DNA from: Nitrosopumilus sp.
GTDB lineage: Archaea > Thermoproteota > Nitrososphaeria > Nitrososphaerales > Nitrosopumilaceae
Reading direction: 5' to 3'
Length of the DNA: 64,000 nucleotides
Assembly (NCBI GenBank): GCA_965197525.1
Contig: OZ240211.1
Span: 960,001 to 1,024,000, forward strand
Made by a program: the position numbers and the translations under genes. A model generated the notes under the pieces. That model saw only the letters and a program-made list of their open reading frames with translations, was not told the origin of the DNA and made no database searches. Of the stretch, positions 19,695 to 30,244 are shown in pieces (position 1 is the stretch's first letter; the number at the start of each line of letters is the position of its first letter).

Positions 19695-20731
19695 TGCTGT
19701 GGTTTGTAGGATTAGGGATATCAGGATTCAAGTCTCTCCCTAATGAGGCACTAGACGTGCTATTACATGCAGACAAAGTATACCTAGAGGAATTTACAAG
19801 CCCTATTGCAAGGTCAGATCTTGAGAAGATCAAAGGTATGATACGCGGAGAGTTTGTACTTGCAAAGAGATGGCAGGTAGAGGACGGATCTCAGATTTTA
19901 GAAGATGCAAAAGACAATAGAGTGGTGTTGCTAGCTTATGGTGACCCATACATTGCAACAACGCATGTCGAATTAAGAGTCAGGGCAACAGAACAGGGCA
20001 TAAAGACGCATTCCATTCACGCATCATCGTCTCTTACCTCTATGATTGGGGAATGCGGCCTGCATTTTTACAAGATAGGAAGAGTCGCTACAATAATGAG
20101 TGATGCAAAATCGCTTACAACACCATACTATGTAATCTATAAAAACATCATAGAAGGTAATCATACCGTATTGTTATTAGAGTACGATCAAGCCAATGAT
20201 TTCTTTTTAGATCCAAAAGAGGCGTTTGACGGACTGCTAAAGACAGAGGATGGTCAGAACAGACATGTAGTTAGTGGATCAACGTTTGGTATAGTTGCAT
20301 CAAGGATTGGCTTTGATGACCAAGAGATTGTCGCAGGCAGCATAACAAGTCTAAAAGAGAGGGATTTTGGTAGACCGCCGCACACAATAATCATTCCTGG
20401 CAGGTTACACTTTACAGAGTCAGACGCTTTGAAGATATTTTGCCAATGCATTGATGAACCAACAAACAATACTGAAAATACACCCAAGATATCTACCCAG
20501 ATGATAAAAAAATACGTGCCAATGGTAAGAGAGGCGTTAGAGGAGGTAAAGCCGTTGTATGATGGTCAAAAAGAGTTCCAGATAATTTTAGAGAATGCTG
20601 AACTGTACGTTGCAGATGCTGAAAAATTTCTACAAGACGATCAAGGGGAGGTGGCAGTACTGAGTATAGGATATGCTGACGGTCTAGTTGATGCATTAAG
20701 ACTAGCAAAAGGTTTGGAACCCAAGATGTAG
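19694..20731 (+). CDS. dph5: Diphthine synthase with C-terminal DUF357 domain
   Basis: LWFVGLG, YGDPYIATTH and PPHTIIIPG motifs; C-terminal ENAELY..DA..FL...GYADGLVDALR. Confidence 0.92.
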   Translation: MLWFVGLGISGFKSLPNEALDVLLHADKVYLEEFTSPIARSDLEKIKGMIRGEFVLAKRWQVEDGSQILEDAKDNRVVLLAYGDPYIATTHVELRVRATEQGIKTHSIHASSSLTSMIGECGLHFYKIGRVATIMSDAKSLTTPYYVIYKNIIEGNHTVLLLEYDQANDFFLDPKEAFDGLLKTEDGQNRHVVSGSTFGIVASRIGFDDQEIVAGSITSLKERDFGRPPHTIIIPGRLHFTESDALKIFCQCIDEPTNNTENTPKISTQMIKKYVPMVREALEEVKPLYDGQKEFQIILENAELYVADAEKFLQDDQGEVAVLSIGYADGLVDALRLAKGLEPKM

Positions 20732-21255
20732 TTTGGGAATAGTAAGGTAAAGGGAATTTTTGAGAATTATGTATGAATTGATGGAATTGGTCCTGACTGT
20801 CAGATATTTGGCTAATTGGGTAAAAAGATGATCCTCAAGACGATAAACCATGTAAAACTCGTCTTCAAGCACCTAATATAACAAAAAAATACCCATAACC
20901 AGCCAAGCGAAATGTACTCCAAATCTGACATCAGGTAGGCGGTTTGGGCTCGCGCATCAGATGTGATTCCACCTGTATCTTAAATGTAAGCATGGTCATG
21001 CTCTGTCGGATAACCCTGCCTAAAATTTCCCAAAACTAGTTGTATGAACAAAATTTGAACTATAACATCACAAAATATGTTCGACGGTCTCAAATAGTAG
21101 GCGTACCCACCCACCTCTAACGTGCATGAAAAAGATGGCAGGCAAACCCAATAACAAAACAGCAACCAGGTTTATCATCTTTCGTAATGCTAATAGAATC
21201 TCACATAGGAGGCTGTATAGCAACGTGCATAAGTTTCTGTACATGACATTTTAGG

Positions 21256-21364
21256 ACTATCAATATGCATAATGCCTATTGTCTGTGGAATAATACCTCA
21301 TATATTCAATCAGACCGGAGATGATCAACTATCAATATGCATAATGCCTATTGTCTGTGGAATA
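21256..21364. repeat. Two perfect 37-bp direct repeats separated by a 35-bp unique spacer (CRISPR-like geometry)
   Basis: ACTATCAATATGCATAATGCCTATTGTCTGTGGAATA at 21256-21292 and 21328-21364. Confidence 0.9.
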
Positions 21365-21489
21365 TACCAAAAACACAAAGTAAAATGCATAGAAAATTAA
21401 AATTCGGATTAATGTGTGGCTATACGTATCACATTGGAAAAAAATACAGGCATCGACATGACACACACAAAAGATCAAACTTCGTACAA

Positions 21490-22581
21490 TCATTGTTTTT
21501 GTGCATGTTTAGACGATACCTGATGTGATACAATGTCCGGATTTGGTGGACCTTCAATCTTTATGAATGGCCGCATGACTCCCTTGGGCGGTTTTCTCTT
21601 CTGGAATTTCTTAAAATCATAATCAAACTTGTGTACTCGGATAAACTCATACACTGCTGCCAGATGTGTATCCTTGTCTGCATAACGTATGGAGTGATTC
21701 ATTGCGCGTTTGAGCACGCTCCATACCTCCTCTACGGGATTCAGATACGGATGTCCGGTAGGATACCACAGGACAACAATGTCGCGATCTGCAAAGAATT
21801 CTTCTGCATCTTTGGATGTATGCCACGGTGCCTTGTCTAGTATCAGGACCATCTTGCCTACCTCCCTGTACACCTTGTCCATATGTTCTAGAAAGGAGAC
21901 GGTGTTGACAGTCTGACAGTGATTAAAAAACTGTCTGCCGTCTTGTGTCATGCTGCATATCATTGAGAATCTATGAAATCCTCCACTCCATAACATGAAT
22001 ATGCGTAGGCATGTTTTTGCCCAATATTTTGCAGACATTACAGCGTCCTTGAAGTGTGATTCATCCTGGGTTACAATTGTATATCCCATCTTTGTGTACC
22101 TTGCAATCTTTTGATACAGGCTGTTCCTCCATTTGTTCACCTCTTCTATTGGTGCTCTATTAACCATGACTGGCTGTGTCTTTTTTCTAGAGTATCCCCA
22201 TTGTATGGTATATCGCCTTATCTGCGACATGCTAAGGCTTTCTCCAGACATCTCTTCTAGTTTGTCGTGCAGTTCTACTAGTGTAAATGCGCGTCCCTTG
22301 CACCAACGCCTTGCCTTGTTTAGAATTTTTCTGTCTATTTTTGGTGGACATCCTGACCGTGGTTTGTCTGAGAGGGCCTGTCGTACCCCCTGAAATGATT
22401 TTGTAGCACATGCAAACCTGCAATACCACAGGGCAACAGTACGACGATCACAATAAGATATTTTGGCAGTATTGGCAAATGTTTTGATTACCATAAATTC
22501 CAACAGCATGGATAACCGACGTGATATACAGCCTACATGCTCTACTTTTTGCACTTGTTTTAGCATTTTACGTTCGTGCAT
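21490..22581 (-). mobile_element. IS630-family DDE transposase
   Basis: N-terminal HTH with KPRSGCPPK; QDESHF, LILDKAPWH and YLNPVEEVW DDE motifs; element ends not resolved. Confidence 0.9.
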
Positions 22582-23261
22582 ATGTACATTTAAAGAAACG
22601 CGTTTTTGACTTTTCCTATTGGGTTAGTAACCGTACGGTTAAATTGACGTTCGTGTGTAATGCTGAGCTAGTCCAAGTCTACAAATTTGTGTAAAAAAAA
22701 ATACGTTGTAGGTATACAGATGCTGTTCGGAATGCAGGAGGCGGTGATTTACACATGATGTGATGGTCAAGGGACGACGATGTCCAGAAATTAGCTGTAC
22801 AGAAACTTATTCACATTGCTATATATGCGTGGGTTGTTTATCATATTGCGGCTCTGTTTGGTTTTTTGTCTCGACAACAAAAATCATCAGGCCGTATCCT
22901 TGTTGATCTGTTTGGATTTTTTTGTCGTATCTGGTCTAAATCAGAGTACATTTCGCTTAGCGGTAGCTGTGTGTATACACACTTGAAACCAGACAATCTT
23001 TAAAAAGATCTCACATAGATACTTTTAGGACAATACAATCTACAATACACAATCTACTGGAATACACAATCTTTTTAAATAGCCCTAAGGGAGTATTATG
23101 TGATAATGGTGAAAATATGATATGAATATATTAAGAATTCATCATATGATGACAGTCATGGCCATTGTGGTAGTGACTGCATCTTTGTTACTTTTCCAGT
23201 ACTATGATGTCAGTTTTGCGTCTGCCTATATGACTGACCCTGTGATCACGATAACTGACAG

Positions 23262-23273
23262 CCCCCCCCCCCC
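23262..23273. repeat. Poly-C12 tract inside the 5' coding region of the surface-protein gene
   Basis: gacag-cccccccccccc-acct, encoding part of SPPPPP. Confidence 0.9.
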
Positions 23274-23682
23274 ACCTGTAACGGTAACTACCTCAGAGAT
23301 ACAGCAGTCGGCAGCCAGTTTTCTGAACCGTGAGTACGGGCGAATCGACGTACTCAACCCGCAGTCCTATCCTGTAGTGGGCGGGGAGTGGACGATAAAC
23401 TTTAGGACATACGGTACCCATAACCTAACAATCTCTGTAATAAACGGCACCACGTTTGGGGACTCTTCTCCTGACGACGTGGGGTTTGTGGGGGTATTGT
23501 GCGGCAACGACTCCATACTGGATGCTACAGCACATGATGGGATCATTACGTTTGAGGACTATCAGTGCGACGGCATCGCAAGCCTCGTGCTATCGGTTCA
23601 CACCCCTGGCATACACGACATACATCTAAGCTTTGGTGTGGGTACTGCGTACGCATCAAACAACGCGTATCCAAACTCCGTA

Positions 23683-24893
23683 GTGGAGATAAACGACTCC
23701 ACTACAAACGGTCCCACGCTATCAAACAATGACCGTTTCGGCGTCTCCGTTACTCCCATAGGCGACCTTGACGGCGACGGGGTGACAGACCTTGCAGTTG
23801 GTGCTTATCGAGACGACGGCGGCGGACTAGACCGCGGCGCCGTACACATAATGTTTATGAATACTGACGGCACGGTAACAGCACAGTAGAGATAAACGAC
23901 TCCACTGCAAACGGTCCCACGCTATTAAGCAATGACTATTTCGGCATCTCCGTTGCTTCCATAGGCGACCTTGACGGCGACGGGGTGACAGACCTTGCAG
24001 TTGGTGCTTATGGAGATGACAACCGCGGATCAAGCCGCGGCGCAGTACACATAATGTTTATGAATACAAACGGTACGGTAAACAACACAGTAGAGATAAA
24101 CGACTCCACTACAAACGGTCCCAGGCTATCAAACAGTGACTATTTCGGCTTCTCCGTTGCTTCCATAGGCGACCTTGACGGCGACGGGGTGACAGACCTT
24201 GCAGTTGGCGCTTATCAAGACGACGGCGGCGGATCAAACCGCGGCGCAGTACACATAATGTTTATGAATGCAAACGGCACGGTAACAGCACAGTAGAGAT
24301 AAACGACTCCACTGCAAACGGTCCCACGATATCAAGCTTTGACAATTTCGGCATCTCCGTTGCTGCCATAGGCGACCTTGACGGCGACGGGGTGACAGAC
24401 CTTGCAGTTGGTGCTTATCGAGATGACGACGGCGGATCAGACCGCGGCGCAGTACACATAATGTTTATGAATATGGACGGTACGGTAGACAGCACAGTAG
24501 AGATAAACGACTCCACTACAAACGGTCCCACGCTATCAAACAATGACCGTTTCGGCGCCTCCGTTACTCCCATAGGCGACCTTGACGGCGACGGGGTGAC
24601 AGACCTTGCAGTTGGTGCTGCTCAAGATGACGACGGCGGATCAAACCGCGGCGCCGTACACATAATGTTTATGAATACAAACGGTACGGTAAACAGCACA
24701 GTAGAGATAAACGACTCCACTACAAACGGTCCCACGCTATCAAACAGTGACTTTTTCGGCGTCTCCGTTGCTTCCATAGGCGACCTTGACGGCGACGGGG
24801 TGACAGACCTTGCAGTTGGCGCTTATCGAGACGACGACGGCGGACCAGACCGCGGCGCCATCAATGTCATATATCTTGACAAGGAAGTAGAGC
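23683..24893 (+). repeat. FG-GAP repeat block 1: six units with a 204-bp period
   Basis: Unit starts at 23683, 23886, 24090, 24293, 24497 and 24701 (203 bp where a base is missing). Confidence 0.93.
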
Positions 24894-24921
24894 AAAACAA
24901 AGATATTGATCCCACCGCCCC

Positions 24922-25615
24922 CACGGTAACAGACACCACTCCGCCCCGCGTTGCCTCCATACTGCGTGGTACCCCTCTAGCTCAATCCACAACTGATACC
25001 ACCTTGGTGTTTGCTGTCACGTTTGATGAACCAGTAACCAATGTGGATGATGCCGATTTTACAGTAACGGGCTCCGGTACAGGTACAATATCTAATGTAT
25101 CAGGTTCCGGTACATCATACCGAGTAACAGTCACAGTAGATAATGTTGGAACCATAGGATTGGATATCGCACAAAACCACGACATACAGGATACTGCAAC
25201 CAACCGTTTGGCCAACCTGACACCTACCGGCTCTGATCAGACCTACACAGTCACGGTAACAGACACCACTCCGCCCCGCGTTGCCTCCATACTGCGTGGT
25301 ACCCCTCTAGCTCAATCCACAACTGATACCACCTTGGTGTTTGCTGTCACGTTTGATGAACCAGTAACCAATGTGGATGATGCCGATTTTACAGTAACGG
25401 GCTCCGGTACAGGTACAATATCTAATGTATCAGGTTCCGGTACATCATACCGAGTAACAGTCACAGTAGATAATGTTGGAACCATAGGATTGGATATCGC
25501 ACAAAACCACGACATACAGGATACTGCAACCAACCGTTTGGCCAACCTGACACCTACCGGCTCTGATCAGACCTACATAGTCACGGTAACAGACACCACT
25601 CCGCCCCGCGTTGCC
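24922..25615 (+). repeat. Two near-perfect 330-bp tandem copies (110-aa Ig-like domain) plus a partial third
   Basis: cacggtaacagacaccactccg recurs at 24922, 25252 and 25582. Confidence 0.93.
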
Positions 25616-25633
25616 TTCATTGTTGACAGGACA

Positions 25634-26843
25634 GTAGAGATAAACAGCTCCACTACAAACGGCCCCACGCTATCAGACACTGACCGTTTCGGCTTCTCCG
25701 TTGCTTCCATAGGCGACCTTGACGGCGACGGGGTGACAGACCTTGCAGTTGGTGCTTATCGAGATGACGACAGCGGATCAAGCCGCGGCGCAGTACACAT
25801 AATGTTTATGAATACTGACGGTACGGTAGACAGCACAGTAGAGATAAACGACTCCACTACAAACGGTCCCACGCTATCAGGCTATGACAGTTTCGGCATC
25901 TCCGTTGCTTCCATAGGCGACCTTGACGGCGACGGGGTGACAGACCTTGCAGTTGGTGCTTATCGAGATGACGACGGCGGATCAAACCGCGGCGCAGTAC
26001 ACATAATGTTTATGAATACAAACGGTACGGTAGACAGCACAGTAGAGATAAACGACTCCACTACAAACGGTCCCACGCTATCAGACTATGACAGTTTCGG
26101 CTTCTCCGTTGCTTCCATAGGCGACCTTGACGGCGACGGGGTGACAGACCTTGCAGTTGGTGCTTTTCTAGATGAGGACGGCGGATCAAACCGCGGCGCA
26201 GTACACATAATGTTTATGAATACAAACGGTACGGTAGACAGCACAGTAGAGATAAACGACTCCACTACAAACGGTCCCACGCTATCAGGCTATGACAGTT
26301 TCGGCATCTCCGTTGCTTCCATAGGCGACCTTGACGGCGACGGGGTGACAGACCTTGCAGTTGGTGCTCATCAAGATGACGACGGCGGATCAAACCGCGG
26401 CGCAGTACACATAATGTTTATGAATACAAACGGTACGGTAGACAGCACAGTAGAGATAAACGACTCCACTACAAACGGTCCCACGCTATCAAACGGTGAC
26501 CGTTTCGGCAGATCCGTTGCTTCCATAGGCGACTTTGACGGCGACGGGGTGACAGACCTTGCAGTTGGTGCTTATCGAGATGACGACGGCGGACAAGACC
26601 GCGGCGCAGTACACATAATGTTTATGAATACAAACGGTACGGTAAACAGCACAGTAGAGATAAACGACTCCACTACAAACGGTCCCACGCTATCAAACAG
26701 TGACTTTTTCGGCGTCTCCGTTGCTTCCATAGGCGACCTTGACGGCGACGGGGTGACAGACCTTGCAGTTGGCGCTTATCGAGACGACGACGGCGGACCA
26801 GACCGCGGCGCCATCAATGTCATATATCTTGACAAGGAGGTAG
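25634..26843 (+). repeat. FG-GAP repeat block 2: six units with a 204-bp period
   Basis: Unit starts at 25634, 25838, 26042, 26246, 26450 and 26654; the last unit is essentially identical to the last unit of block 1. Confidence 0.93.
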
Positions 26844-27360
26844 ACGAGTCAGGCAAACCTTTGGAATCATTTGTTGATGCGGCCATACTGCTCAAGTCCA
26901 AAAAGTCAGGTACCGCACCACCATCTGTGGATACACTTGAGATAAACGGCCAGAGTTACAATGTTCAAAACAGGGTAAACCATCATCCCACGCCGCTAGA
27001 GGTTGCAGTAGACCAACCCATATTCATGAGTTTTACGGCACACGACAGACTTGACATACTCTACTTTGCAGTATACCTGAACCTGCAAGATGATGACATA
27101 TCATACACGAACAGTGATACATACGTGGAATACAACAGAGGCAAGACCAACATAGTTGATCCTCATAACCTGTTCTCAGATGCCTCCATCACTATATCAA
27201 CTGACCCTGATGATCGCAATAAAAAGACAGTCACACTTGATATCACGTTTGCAGATGCGATAGGGAATACCAACATGGTAATCAGAACTTGGAACGCAGA
27301 TCAAAAATCTTCAATCGTCATAATCACTGATGTGTTAAATGTCATACATCTGCAAGTAGG

Positions 27361-27450
27361 CCCAGAGCCCCAAGTAACAGGGGTGGACCCAGAGCCCCAA
27401 GTAACAGGGGTGGATCCAGAGCCCCAAGTAACAGGGGTGGACCCAGAGCC
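27361..27450 (+). repeat. 27-bp tandem repeat x3.3 encoding a PEPQVTGVD linker
   Basis: cccagagccccaagtaacaggggtgga repeated. Confidence 0.92.
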
Positions 27451-27872
27451 ACAGTTACCGGCAGTACCTAATCCGGAACTTGGGACTGAGACTTTTGCAG
27501 ATGACTTTGACTATGACCGTGCATTGCTTGTACTGCGCATGTGGTCTGGATTTGAATCTGAGATAGCAGATGACAATCAACTGCTAGCTGTTATGGGCCT
27601 GACTCACATGGGAACAGACATACCTGCCTGGGTCATGACTGATCTTGCACCACTAGTGGTAAAAGGACTGATAACCCTAGATGAGTTTAGAGTTGCATTA
27701 GAGTACGTGATGGGGAATACCTGAAGAAGCATCTAGTTTTTCAGATACTATTTTAAAAAATCTCATTGATGATTCTTTTTTTACATTTACAAGCGGCGTT
27801 GTCCAAGCTTTGAACCCAAAATCGATGAAAAGCTCAAAGATCAGATCACACGCCGCTTGATGAACAAAAAAC

Positions 27873-28833
27873 GTGATACAAACACGAAACACAGCAAGAG
27901 CAAGAAACGACGCAAAAGCAAGAGCGCCAACGACAAGAAATGGGAACACCACGCCGGATACTACAAGGAATACGAGACATGGAGGAGTGGGGGAGGGAGA
28001 GGGCCACGTAACTAGATTGCAAATCAAGGCCCTCACTGCCATGCTGTATGAAATCTACCCATCTGCCACTCCTCCTAGCAAGGTGCGTATGATCCCATAC
28101 ATGGTATGCCTTACAGACCGGGAGTTCTGCTGCTATTCATACCGTCAACATGTCTCATACCTGCAGACACATCAGGGAACACTGCACATGTATGGATTAA
28201 AAACCATTCCATCAAAATCCTGCCTGCATCATGCGGCCACCATAATGACAGATTATGAGTGGCTACACGAGATAATAGAAAGGCAGACAAGATCCCATGC
28301 ACACGGATCACTACTCGGCGATGCCACAGGGATTGCCATCATCAGGTATGCAGAGTGGGATGATGCCAAAAAGGGTCATCTCTAGGCGTGAATTCGTCAA
28401 ACTGCACATAGTTACCGATGTAAAGGGAAGAAAAATCGTATCCTGCGTAGTTACCCCCGGACGGGCGCATGACTCGCCAGTGTTCCGGGATATGATCAAA
28501 AAGGTTCCTGACGGCACAGGATGCGTGATGCTTGATGCAGGATATGACGCACACAAGAACTACAAGATGATTCGTAATACTGGCAGGAAGCCTGTGATCT
28601 GTACCCGCAAGAACCATGTGGTAAAAGGATTCGGTCCAAGGGCAGAGATGCTCAGGTGGCAGGAGAGGAATCCCAAGGAGTTTGAAGATACGTACCACCA
28701 GCGTAGTATAGTGGAATCGGTGTTCTCATCATTCAAGCACAGGTTTACTGCGGTTGTTCGTGCAAAGAAGAAGATGGCAACGCAGAGACTGCAGCTGCTC
28801 CTCCGGTGCATCTGTTACAACCTGCTGTCATAG
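27873..28833 (+). mobile_element. IS5-family (DDE_Tnp_1) transposase, frameshifted
   Basis: GDATG in the first ORF; KLHIVTD, HDSPVF, LDAGYD and RSIVESVFSSFK in the second ORF; frame break near 28370-28380; true start uncertain. Confidence 0.82.
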
Positions 28834-28979
28834 TGGAACGGCGTAAAAAACACGTGTTGTGTGTCTAGCGTATGCTGTACAACCATGCAACGTTTTGGTG
28901 CAAGATGCACCCCATCATATCCTGCTGCTAGAAAATTCCGCCACATACAGGGAATCAAAAGCAATAAAGTGCAGATAAA

Positions 28980-29363
28980 ATGACATCTAATAGACTTGAA
29001 AAAATAAGATTTGGACAACGCTCCGTAGATGGAAAAACTCTTAAGAATTCTGCCATTCAATACAATATCAAACTAGATAAAAAAGGATCTCAAATTTTAG
29101 AAGAGTTGGAACAAAAACAAGATTCAGACAAAGATGACATTGACGATGCCATATATTTTGCTTATAATTTGTTAAATGGAAAAACTCCACGTGAAATGGA
29201 GATTATATCTTCAGTTCATTACATACACTCATATTATAATTCTATAACTGCTGAAAGAATTTGGGAAACAATTAACATGTTAAAGCCTACTGCAAATTTT
29301 AAACAAGTTGACGTTGAATATGCATTAAAAAAATTACGTGCAAAGAAGATAATTAAACATTAA
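28980..29363 (+). CDS. Hypothetical protein, possibly the C-terminal half of a YwgA/SocA-like winged-helix antitoxin
   Basis: TPREMEIISSVHYI resembles the LELxATVH motif; AT-rich; directly follows the IS5 element. Confidence 0.4.
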   Translation: MTSNRLEKIRFGQRSVDGKTLKNSAIQYNIKLDKKGSQILEELEQKQDSDKDDIDDAIYFAYNLLNGKTPREMEIISSVHYIHSYYNSITAERIWETINMLKPTANFKQVDVEYALKKLRAKKIIKH

Positions 29364-29539
29364 ATGAATTTCTTCCCAGATAACTATATGTAAGGAATAC
29401 GAAAAGCAATTATTTCGGTATTTGACATTAATATCTCGGGTGCTTGTGTTTCAAGTTACCATAGACACTAACAAAAACTAGAGATTGCAATCTCGTATAT
29501 CTTAACCGTCCACTCGAAGATCAAAAAGAATACAAAAAA

Positions 29540-30235
29540 TCAATCCACAGAATCAGAGTTAACCTGTATCTTAATTGATACTCTTGAACCGTCTCGTAAT
29601 TTTGCAGTATCCCTCAGACAGACATCAGATATTAACTCCACGATGGTATCATCATGATGTGTGCGCTCAAGTATGATCAGCTGACATCCTACCGTATCAT
29701 TGAGACGGGCATTAAAACATTTGACCCAACCATATGTACGCTTTCCATCAGAGAAGCTCTTGATTTTAATACCGTCAAGGATATCAAACTGTCTTACTGC
29801 CTCTTGGTGAATTTTTTGAGTTAGTTTAACATTAAGGGTCCCAGGGAATGGAACGTATCCAATCTTTGATTTGAATTGTTTGGTATACCCACTTAATCCC
29901 ATATAGTATGCACCTTCACCCATTCCAGAAACTAGTGTGCCTTTCAGTTCTACGACAGATGGCGCAGAGTCCAGACTTTTTTGTAAAATAGACGAGAGTT
30001 TGACCATCTCAGATAACCCCTTTGGTGTAATTTTGACAGATATGTGTCGTCCGGTAATTATTCGCTCTATGAACTTGTTTTGCTCTAATTCAAGAAGATG
30101 TTTTGATACTGCCTGCTGTGATTTGGAGATATTTTTTCCGATAATAGAGGTGGTAGTATTAACATAGTTGTATTTTGCACCTTGAGACAGTAGGTAGGAT
30201 AGAGTTAGAATGTGCTGAATCTTCAGTTCAGTCAT
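29540..30235 (-). CDS. ribK: CTP-dependent riboflavin kinase with N-terminal HTH (RbkR/RibK)
   Basis: SQQAVSKHLLELE HTH; GTLVSGMGEGAYY, PFPGTLN and ERTHH motifs. Confidence 0.93.
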   Translation of the reverse strand: MTELKIQHILTLSYLLSQGAKYNYVNTTTSIIGKNISKSQQAVSKHLLELEQNKFIERIITGRHISVKITPKGLSEMVKLSSILQKSLDSAPSVVELKGTLVSGMGEGAYYMGLSGYTKQFKSKIGYVPFPGTLNVKLTQKIHQEAVRQFDILDGIKIKSFSDGKRTYGWVKCFNARLNDTVGCQLIILERTHHDDTIVELISDVCLRDTAKLRDGSRVSIKIQVNSDSVD

Positions 30236-30244
30236 TTATACACT

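Larger units (their letters stand above)
23122..27724 (+). pseudogene. Large secreted FG-GAP (integrin-alpha-like) repeat and Ig-like surface protein, interrupted by two 1-bp deletions
   Basis: ORFs 23122-23889, 23985-24296 and 24392-27724 join into about 1535 codons if one base is restored at about 23877 and about 24284; signal peptide, 12 GDLDGDGVTDLAVGA repeats, 2 Ig-like units and a C-terminal IPAWVM domain. Confidence 0.85.

Noticed and set aside
21400-22720. Terminal inverted repeats for the IS630 element
   Set aside because: Only weak partial matches were found by eye, so no boundaries are claimed.
23683-26843. A complete diversity-generating retroelement, or a CRISPR array, in the 204-bp repeats
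   Set aside because: The repeats are in-frame coding units without spacers, and no reverse transcriptase, Avd or template repeat is present in the window. Only the codon pattern is reported.
27698-28042. 114-aa minus-strand hydrophobic ORF
   Set aside because: It overlaps the IS5 transposase 5' region antisense and the surface-protein stop; likely spurious.
28360-28385. Programmed -1 frameshift at AAAAAG in the IS5 transposase
   Set aside because: The two ORFs are related by a +1/-2 shift (starts 27873 and 28297), not -1, and the run has only five A; an inactivating indel is more likely.
27724-28960. TIRs or CTAG target duplication for the IS5 element
   Set aside because: CTAG occurs on both sides, but the adjacent inner sequences are not inverted repeats.
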